Positions 7,867-14,780 of a stretch of 64,000 nt of DNA are shown here, one piece after another. This DNA comes from a virus, in IMG/VR virus record IMGVR_UViG_3300024255_000006, positions 1 to 64,000 of that record, one strand, 5' to 3'. Numbering within the stretch: the first letter of the stretch is position 1; each line of letters begins with the position of its first letter. The position numbers and the translations under genes are program-made. The notes beneath the pieces were generated by a model, which did not search any database, was not told the DNA's origin, and saw only the letters and a list, made by a program, of their open reading frames with translations.

Positions 7867-8567
7867 ACATTTTCAATCACGTTGGTGACTATACTCCAAT
7901 TCATATGGAGGCGCAGACAGATAAAGAAACTGGTAAGCGCATCTACGTTACCCCTAGCGGCAACAGATATCCATCAGTCACCACTGTGATTGGTAGCAAT
8001 AAGAAAAAGATGCAGTCCATCATGCGGTGGAGAAAGCGGGTTGGTGCGGAAAAAGCAAACAACATTACCACTCGCTCCTGTAATCGTGGAACAAAGTATC
8101 ATAGTATTGTTGAGGATTACTTTAACAATGAACTAGATCTCAAGAAGTACAGCAAGTATCCGCTTCCTGTGCTGATGTTCAATCATTCTAGGGGTATACT
8201 TGATCGTATAAATAATATATACTTTCAAGAAGCGGCGCTCTACTCAGACAAATTAGAGTTAGCAGGGCGTGTTGATTGCATTGCAGAATTTGATGGAGTA
8301 TTGTCCATCATTGATTTTAAAACATCAGCATCTGAAAAAGCGGACAATAGACTCTACGATTACTTCGTTCAGGAAACAGCATACGCCTGCATGTTAATGG
8401 AGGTGCATGGTATTAGAGTCTCTCAGTTAGTTACAATCGTCGCTTGTGAATCGGGCGACACGCAGGTTGTTATTCGTCCACTTTTGAAAGAATATCTAGA
8501 TTCCTTACTTAAGTACATCGACGAATATAAAACTGCCCATGGACAAAAGCAAACTATTAGAGGATAA
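7863..8567 (+). CDS. PD-(D/E)XK exonuclease
   Basis: YPSVTT, AGRVDC..IIDFKTS. Confidence 0.9.
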   Translation: MNIFNHVGDYTPIHMEAQTDKETGKRIYVTPSGNRYPSVTTVIGSNKKKMQSIMRWRKRVGAEKANNITTRSCNRGTKYHSIVEDYFNNELDLKKYSKYPLPVLMFNHSRGILDRINNIYFQEAALYSDKLELAGRVDCIAEFDGVLSIIDFKTSASEKADNRLYDYFVQETAYACMLMEVHGIRVSQLVTIVACESGDTQVVIRPLLKEYLDSLLKYIDEYKTAHGQKQTIRG

Positions 8568-8793
8568 ATTTATGACTGCGGCTAGATTCTCGCAGGAAGT
8601 TGAAAAAATAGTTTTGAACAATAGAGACATGAACTATATTGATGCTATAATTCACTACTGTGATTTGAATGAGATTGAGTTGGAGACTGTTCCTAAACTC
8701 ATTTCTAAACCATTGAAAGAAAAACTCAAGTTCGACGCACAAAAGTTGAACTTTATCAAACGCACTTCTAGAGCAAAGTTAATGTTAGTATGA
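8539..8793 (+). CDS. gp33: Late transcription coactivator gp33
   Basis: YIDAIIHYC..EIE..KLISKPLKEKLKFDA..LNF; T4 synteny with gp32. Confidence 0.88.
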   Translation: MDKSKLLEDKFMTAARFSQEVEKIVLNNRDMNYIDAIIHYCDLNEIELETVPKLISKPLKEKLKFDAQKLNFIKRTSRAKLMLV

Positions 8794-9134
8794 CTGAATT
8801 CTTTAAATCGGAGATGGTCCGAGGTGACTTACAAGACATGATGGAACTTCAGCAGACCTGCTTCAGGTATGCATCTAGTTTCCCAATTCTAGATACTGAA
8901 AGGAGACTTGAGTATCTGGAAGCGTTGATTATTTTGCTGGAAAAGCAGAAGATCATGTATCATCGCATGAACTTAAGTGATGACGAAGAAGCGAAGTCCG
9001 TTGTTGAAAACATGCGGACTGCTGTTGAAATGCTGGGTGGAAATCCAGAATTAACTGTAGAAGATATGTTTGCTGACCTTGAGAGCAAGGTCAACATCAT
9101 GATAGACAAACTACAAAGCGGCACATGGGGTTGA
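8790..9134 (+). CDS. Conserved cyanophage protein, DUF1825-like
   Basis: FFKSEMVRGDL..LEKQKIMYHRMNLSDD. Confidence 0.7.
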   Translation: MTEFFKSEMVRGDLQDMMELQQTCFRYASSFPILDTERRLEYLEALIILLEKQKIMYHRMNLSDDEEAKSVVENMRTAVEMLGGNPELTVEDMFADLESKVNIMIDKLQSGTWG

Positions 9135-9159
9135 CGCCCCACTCTGTGTCTGATATTAT
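9131..9159 (+). promoter_or_regulatory. sigma70-like promoter for gp32
   Basis: TTGACG-17 nt-TATTAT. Confidence 0.7.
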
Positions 9160-9247
9160 ATCTTTGTTGGGCAGATGAGTCGGGGAGACCCGCCTGTACG
9201 TAAGACCCAACGCATAAACCAAATCCAATTATATCCAACTAAATCCA

Positions 9248-10159
9248 ATGGCATCTATCCACGATCTAAAGCGCAAGTCCCAGGCAAACTTCGCTTTCCT
9301 GCAGAAGGAAATCGAAAAGTCCACTACTCAAGGCAGTAGCGACGAGAGGTTCTGGAAGCCCGAACTTGACGCTAGCGGCAACGGTTACGCTGTTATCCGC
9401 TTCCTTCCTCCCCCTGACGGTGAGGATGTTCCTTGGGCAAAACTGTACTCCCATGCCTTCCAAGGTCCTGGTGGTTGGTTGATCGAAAACTGCCTCACTA
9501 CCAAGAACGAGAAGTGTCCTGTCTGTGCTCACAACAACGGATTGTGGAACAGCGGTGTGGAGTCAGATAAAGAAATCGCACGTAAGCAGAAACGTAAACT
9601 GACTTACTACACTAACATCTATGTTGTTCGCGATCCTAAGAACCCTGATAACGAGGGTAAAGTCTTCCTCTATAAGTTTGGTAAGAAGATCTTTGATAAG
9701 ATCATGGCTGCTATGCAACCTGAGTTCCAAGATGAGGAACCAGTGAATGTCTTTGACTTCTGGGAAGGTGCTAACTTCAAACTTAAGATCAAGACTGTTG
9801 CAGGTTACTGGAACTATGACTCCAGTGAGTTTGATCGCGTCTCTGCTCTCAGTGCAGACGATGAAGAACTGGAAACCATCTATGGTCAGCAGACCAGTCT
9901 AGAAGCGTTCACCGCTCCGTCTGAGTTCAAGACCTATGATGAACTGGAATCACGCAAGAACATCGTTCTAGGCGCTGCTCCTGCAGTCTCACGAGCACAG
10001 CGAGAGGAAGAGTATGAACCCGCTCCCATGAGTGGTGGATTCAACGACTCCGACATCACACCTAAGTCTTCTTTCCGTGAGAAGATTGAGAGCAGTTCTT
10101 CTACTGCAGACGAGGATGATGATGCACTGTCTTACTTCGCACGTCTGGCGGAAGACTGA
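9248..10159 (+). CDS. gp32: Single-stranded DNA-binding protein gp32
   Basis: GNGYAVIRFLP, ENCLTT..CPVC, acidic C-terminus ending YFARLAED. Confidence 0.97.
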   Translation: MASIHDLKRKSQANFAFLQKEIEKSTTQGSSDERFWKPELDASGNGYAVIRFLPPPDGEDVPWAKLYSHAFQGPGGWLIENCLTTKNEKCPVCAHNNGLWNSGVESDKEIARKQKRKLTYYTNIYVVRDPKNPDNEGKVFLYKFGKKIFDKIMAAMQPEFQDEEPVNVFDFWEGANFKLKIKTVAGYWNYDSSEFDRVSALSADDEELETIYGQQTSLEAFTAPSEFKTYDELESRKNIVLGAAPAVSRAQREEEYEPAPMSGGFNDSDITPKSSFREKIESSSSTADEDDDALSYFARLAED

Positions 10160-10162
10160 TCA

Positions 10163-10348
10163 GTGAACAAGATCATGCAAGTCCTAGGACATCCAGTCAC
10201 ACTACTTAATTTGGTGTTGGTTGGGTTCCTAGGAATGATTGAAGTAATCCACACCAGAGCACACCATACTATGGAGATGGATGTTCATGGTCACGTACAT
10301 CAGTTCTTGAGAAAAAACCCAGATATATGTAACAAAATGGAATATTGA
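10163..10348 (+). CDS. Small His-rich membrane protein
   Basis: TM segment then HTRAHH..HGHVH. Confidence 0.65.
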   Translation: MNKIMQVLGHPVTLLNLVLVGFLGMIEVIHTRAHHTMEMDVHGHVHQFLRKNPDICNKMEY

Positions 10349-10402
10349 ATTCCATAAAACAGGGAAAATTTTTCCCTCTAATTTTTGATCAAAAAAGTCG
10401 CG

Positions 10403-11080
10403 TCACTTTAGAGTAGACTTCAACTTTTTATTCACATAAGCAGAGCACTTCTTGTAGGTGCTCTGCTTTCTTAGTTCTGAGAGAAGTGGTTCTATGTATG
10501 GTTGCTTTAGAATGTAGATTTCTCTTCTTGCCTCATTTTTCCTCACTTCGTCTTCCCAGATAGTTACGGGCACAGAAATGGTTTGACCGCTAACTGTGAT
10601 TGTCGTATTGGAAATATCTCCATTATTATATTCGTGATTTGAGTTATAGAACTTCAAATCAACTTTTTGCCCTTTTTTGTAAATTGCGCCATTTTGAGAA
10701 TTTTTCACATCGCTTGAAATCTCGTAATATGCGATCTGACTGTAAACATCGCTTTCATAGGCAGATTCTGCCCATTCTTGCAATGCAGAATTAGACATCG
10801 GCCAATCTTCATACACATTAGTCATATTATTGACTAAAGCGACAATCCAGTCTAATTCTGGATCTCCATATGCATTTGATGCAACCCAGTCAATTCTTTC
10901 ACCGTCTTTTACGGCATATTTACCATAATATGTCGCATAATCGAAAATATCCTCACTGAGCGTATAACGCCTAAAGAAGTTATTGACCATAACGAAGTCT
11001 GCACTCGAAAATGGGAAACTTTGTGGTTTTAGGTCGTAATTGATGTTTGGTAAAATAGAAAAATACATTAGTAGGTCCAA
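10403..11080 (-). CDS. gp53: Baseplate wedge protein gp53
   Basis: MYFSILPNINY, ERIDWVASNAYGDPELDWIV..N, YEDWP. Confidence 0.85.
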   Translation of the reverse strand: MDLLMYFSILPNINYDLKPQSFPFSSADFVMVNNFFRRYTLSEDIFDYATYYGKYAVKDGERIDWVASNAYGDPELDWIVALVNNMTNVYEDWPMSNSALQEWAESAYESDVYSQIAYYEISSDVKNSQNGAIYKKGQKVDLKFYNSNHEYNNGDISNTTITVSGQTISVPVTIWEDEVRKNEARREIYILKQPYIEPLLSELRKQSTYKKCSAYVNKKLKSTLK

Positions 11081-12054
11081 CCGCTTTTATTGAGATCGTT
11101 TCTATATACGATTTTAGTTTCGACAAATGAGACTCTTAATTCCACGGCAGATGGAATACCATCAATCAGAGTAGAATAAGAACCATCAGGTGTGTAATTG
11201 ATATCGACGTTTGTAATTGCGAGTGCTTTATATTGAGACAAATATGGATGTTTTGCTCCACCTTTCATCAATTGCATCCTACAAAGATTTGGAACGGTTA
11301 GATATCCAGCTTGATAATCAGTTGCAGCTGCAGATGCAGGTGTTGATGCATTACCTTGTATATCCAGTGCGGAGTTCTGTGTTCCTTGTGCAAAATTACC
11401 AACGTCATTAATAAATCCAGCAACACCTTCGTCTAAAGTTGGGCTTCCGCCAAAACTAGCAAGTGATTGTTTTTTGAAAATATTGCATATATTGATCATG
11501 TCTACAGCTTCTTCTTTGTTTCGACCAAACATTTTGAATGCAAATCCAATATTACGAATTTGAGGTCCACCAAAGAATAATTCTACATTTGGGTTTAGGA
11601 TAACCCCTTGCGTGGTGCTCAAAATATCATTTAGAGTCAGATTAGTCTGCATTGTTTGCAGACCCATTCTTGCTAATTCGCCACCTAGAGCAGTTGGAAG
11701 TCTTACTAGACCTTGGACACCTTGGGCAGCATTGTCTGCTAAACCACCAAGATTTCCGTTAGTGATATTGGCGTATCCTGATAACGCTCCTGCACCAAAG
11801 TTGGATAATTCTTTACCACCCCATGATGTAGCGTATGATGTGCTAACATCTTGAGGCATGTAAATATTAATTGAGTCAAGAGGACCACTACCAAAATTAC
11901 CATCAATATCATTGCCCCCAGTTGAATTCGTCTGATTATAACCACTGAGACCAGATCCTCCTCTTTTTAGAGGTGGTTTATAGGTCCAAAAATCAAATTT
12001 GATATAGTCGGTTTGATCCGTAACGATCATATCTCTTGGATACTTTAGCGTCAT
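11068..12054 (-). CDS. gp48: Baseplate tail-tube cap gp48
   Basis: LKYP, YMPQDVSTSY..W, NPNVELFF.GP..R.F.F, NYTPDG, ELRVSFVE. Confidence 0.85.
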   Translation of the reverse strand: MTLKYPRDMIVTDQTDYIKFDFWTYKPPLKRGGSGLSGYNQTNSTGGNDIDGNFGSGPLDSINIYMPQDVSTSYATSWGGKELSNFGAGALSGYANITNGNLGGLADNAAQGVQGLVRLPTALGGELARMGLQTMQTNLTLNDILSTTQGVILNPNVELFFGGPQIRNIGFAFKMFGRNKEEAVDMINICNIFKKQSLASFGGSPTLDEGVAGFINDVGNFAQGTQNSALDIQGNASTPASAAATDYQAGYLTVPNLCRMQLMKGGAKHPYLSQYKALAITNVDINYTPDGSYSTLIDGIPSAVELRVSFVETKIVYRNDLNKSGWTY

Positions 12055-12674
12055 ATTTTGGTCTCGTTTGTGTAGCGTTCAAATATACGTTTTTCTTTGA
12101 AGATATCCATACGTTTTTTGTGGGTTTTATCCCAAACGTCATTCTTCTTGTAGGAGAAGGTCCGACCTCCCCTCCCATAGACAAAATTATCAATTGGTAA
12201 AAGTATAGCGGTATCCCACTCTTCCTTTCCTAGGTCAAGAAATCGACCTTTTACGTTATCATAGAGATATTTATGGACAATACTTGAAGGAACGAGAATT
12301 TGGTTGTTTTCTAGTAGATTTGTGATGATTTTGGCGCGGTGCTTTGGTTGCACATAGTGCAAATTTGCTCCTATAAAACCATCCTCCTCTCTTCCAATTA
12401 CGTAAACTAGAGGATTTGTGTCGTAGTAAGGTAATCGTTTTGTAGTCGCTTCATACTGGAAAATGAAGAGATGACCGCGTAAAACTTTAATTCTCATCTC
12501 GTTATCATCTTGAAACTCATCATTTAGAACAGTTTCAACTTTTTCGTCTTTAAACATCTTTTTGACTTTGTAATTTGCAGCAATAGTCTGCACCTTGCGA
12601 CGATACCAAGATGCTCCGTAGGATTTGCCCTGTGTTTCTTCTTTTATTTGCTCAAATATTGTTTTTCTAGACAT
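12051..12674 (-). CDS. gp2: DNA end protector gp2
   Basis: LPYYDTNPLV, GANLHY, HKYL, W..AILLP. Confidence 0.85.
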   Translation of the reverse strand: MSRKTIFEQIKEETQGKSYGASWYRRKVQTIAANYKVKKMFKDEKVETVLNDEFQDDNEMRIKVLRGHLFIFQYEATTKRLPYYDTNPLVYVIGREEDGFIGANLHYVQPKHRAKIITNLLENNQILVPSSIVHKYLYDNVKGRFLDLGKEEWDTAILLPIDNFVYGRGGRTFSYKKNDVWDKTHKKRMDIFKEKRIFERYTNETKI

Positions 12675-13104
12675 TAAGGTGATCCTCTGTGAGTATCATG
12701 AAATTCATTCTTCTATCATCACAATACTCTTCTGCTGCTTCCCATTTTGCTCTATTTTTTGCATAAGTCATAACTGATCTTTTCCATGCAGCAGTTTTCC
12801 TTTTGGGATTTTTTTCTGGACCAGCAACTTGTTTCTTTGGTTTTATTTCAACGATGTACTTTTTATATTTTTTTTGTTTATCAACAACTTTAACGTAAAA
12901 GTCAGGATAATACCTATGAACTCTTCCGTCAGTTGGGCAACGATATGGTATAATAACTTCTTCACTACCCCACTCCACGATTGATGAGGTATGGTCACAA
13001 AAGATCATAAACTTTTTCTCCCACATAGATCTATAAATGATTCTTGTGGGATTGCCTTTGTACTTCTTAGGATTCATGGGTTTATAGATTCCCGAATAAG
13101 CCAT
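12667..13104 (-). CDS. gp4: Head completion nuclease gp4
   Basis: YRSMWE, WGSEE, HRYYPDF, EIKP, N.AKWEAA. Confidence 0.93.
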   Translation of the reverse strand: MAYSGIYKPMNPKKYKGNPTRIIYRSMWEKKFMIFCDHTSSIVEWGSEEVIIPYRCPTDGRVHRYYPDFYVKVVDKQKKYKKYIVEIKPKKQVAGPEKNPKRKTAAWKRSVMTYAKNRAKWEAAEEYCDDRRMNFMILTEDHLNV

Positions 13105-13134
13105 AAATACAATTGCTCACTATAATTTATTTAG
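13102..13134. promoter_or_regulatory. Overlapping divergent late promoters
   Basis: CATAAATA on + at 13102 and CTAAATA on - at 13128-13134, between gp4 and the next gene. Confidence 0.65.
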
Positions 13135-13136
13135 AA

Positions 13137-13874
13137 GTGCCTTACAACTCGATTAATGATTATATCAATATGATCAGTAGCCAGGGTGGTATGGCGCTCT
13201 CTACTGGTTATATTGTTAGTTTTACATTTAACAGTCCAGACGGTGTAAAGACTGTAATTGATTCTCTTACGCCAAGTATCAGTAAATTATATGAAACTTT
13301 TTGTGATGAAGTAAGTCTTCCACCATCACAAGCAGCAACTGGTCAAGTTACTGGTGTAAATTTAGGTGAAGGGATGCGATCTTACGCACACACTAAAATG
13401 TATACTGATTTTAGCTTGGGGTGGATGTGTGATGCTAACATGGAACCATATAAGTTTGTCCAATCATGGTGGCAGTACATTTTTCAAGAATATGATGCGG
13501 CGGGGGAGATTGATACAACATCTGGATCTCAAATAGGTGCTAGTGAGGGAGCAATGCTGGGATCAGCACCTCTAGTATCAAATAGAACAACAAGACTCAG
13601 ATATCCCGACGATTATTACTGCACGATTAAGATTGCTAAAGCAGAGAAAGGACCTAGTGGAGCTGCATCTAGAGTATCTGCAGTACATATTCTTCAGGAT
13701 GTATATCCATATCAAATAGATGCTGTTCCTCTCTCATTTGGACAGTCACAACTTACAAAATGTACTGCTAATTTTTACTATTCTAAGCATAGAGTAGTGT
13801 ATAATGATAATAGAGGTCCTGGACTACTAGCATTAAACTTCTTGGATGGATTCGGATCCCAAACTATAACATAA
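13137..13874 (+). CDS. Tail-tube initiator / gp54-gp19-like protein
   Basis: Tube-fold pattern (CDEVSLP, W.QYIF, YP, DVYP..I); likely GTG start at 13137 (track start 13113). Confidence 0.7.
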   Translation: MPYNSINDYINMISSQGGMALSTGYIVSFTFNSPDGVKTVIDSLTPSISKLYETFCDEVSLPPSQAATGQVTGVNLGEGMRSYAHTKMYTDFSLGWMCDANMEPYKFVQSWWQYIFQEYDAAGEIDTTSGSQIGASEGAMLGSAPLVSNRTTRLRYPDDYYCTIKIAKAEKGPSGAASRVSAVHILQDVYPYQIDAVPLSFGQSQLTKCTANFYYSKHRVVYNDNRGPGLLALNFLDGFGSQTIT

Positions 13875-13877
13875 ATA
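13870..13877 (+). promoter_or_regulatory. T4-type late promoter
   Basis: CATAAATA upstream of gp26. Confidence 0.65.
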
Positions 13878-13896
13878 CTTAAAATCGGATTTTATT

Positions 13897-14607
13897 ATGG
13901 CATTACCAAAGGTTACTGCACCAACCTATGAGTTGGAACTGCCTTCTACAGGCAAAAAAGTTAAGTATCGCCCATTTCTTGTAAAAGAAGAAAAACTTCT
14001 CCTTATCGCTACAGACTCTGGAGATGAGAATCAAATCACTCAAGCAGTCATGGATGTTATGAGTGCTTGTATAATCACTCGTGGCGTAAAACCAGAGAAC
14101 CTAGCAAGTTTTGATCTTGAATATCTTTTCTTGAGAATTCGTGCCGCTTCAGTTGGTGAGGAGATTGTTCTCAATGTTCGTTGTTTAGATGATAACGAGA
14201 CTGAAATGAGTCATACCGTTAATATCAATACGATTCAAGTGTTCAAACCAGAAGGACACAGCGATAAGATTATGCTGAGTGATAAAGTTGGTGTAATCAT
14301 GAAGTATCCTAGTGTTTCTCAGTTTATTAGAACTGGGTTTGTTGCTGATCCAAATGCAGATCCTTTGGATATTGTTGTTGAATCTCTTGATCAAATCTTT
14401 GAAGATCAAGAGATCACAGAGGCATCCGATTGCACAAAGAAAGAACTTCTTTCCTTTATCGAGAGTATGACTCAAGAACAGTTCCAAAAACTTACTGTAT
14501 TCTTTGAGACGATGCCCAGACTTCAGCATTCATTTGAAGTCAAGAATCCTAATACAGGAAAGACATCTAATTATACTATCGAGGGCTTACAGAGTTTTTT
14601 CGCATAG
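13897..14607 (+). CDS. gp26: Baseplate hub assembly protein gp26
   Basis: MALPK..PTYEL.LPS, YRPFLVKEEK.LL, FDLEYLFLRIRAASVGE, C-terminal EGLQSFF. Confidence 0.9.
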   Translation: MALPKVTAPTYELELPSTGKKVKYRPFLVKEEKLLLIATDSGDENQITQAVMDVMSACIITRGVKPENLASFDLEYLFLRIRAASVGEEIVLNVRCLDDNETEMSHTVNINTIQVFKPEGHSDKIMLSDKVGVIMKYPSVSQFIRTGFVADPNADPLDIVVESLDQIFEDQEITEASDCTKKELLSFIESMTQEQFQKLTVFFETMPRLQHSFEVKNPNTGKTSNYTIEGLQSFFA

Positions 14608-14634
14608 CACTCTTCCATACATCTTTGGAGGAGT
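14595..14634 (+). other. Candidate -1 programmed ribosomal frameshift signal
   Basis: T TTT TTC heptamer in the gp26 frame, 7-nt spacer, 9-bp stem ACTCTTCCA/TGGAGGAGT. Confidence 0.55.
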
Positions 14635-14780
14635 ATTACCAGACTAATTTCGCCCTGATGCAGCATCATAAATACTCTTTGACCGAGCTAGATAATATGA
14701 TACCTTGGGAAAGAATCGTCTATTTGGCGTTACTTACCCAATTCATTGAAGAGCAAAAACAACAACAATCTAACTTCTAA
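14601..14780 (+). CDS. gp51: Baseplate hub assembly catalyst gp51-like reading frame (absent from ORF track)
   Basis: -1 frame relative to gp26 reads RIALFHTSLEEYYQTNFALMQHHKYSLTELDNMIPWER..; first ATG only at 14658. Confidence 0.8.
   Translation, partial: RIALFHTSLEEYYQTNFALMQHHKYSLTELDNMIPWERIVYLALLTQFIEEQKQQQSNF

Noticed and set aside
7863-8567. Cas4-like nuclease as evidence of a CRISPR system
   Set aside because: Core T4-like phage exonuclease in its usual position; no repeat-spacer array or other cas genes seen
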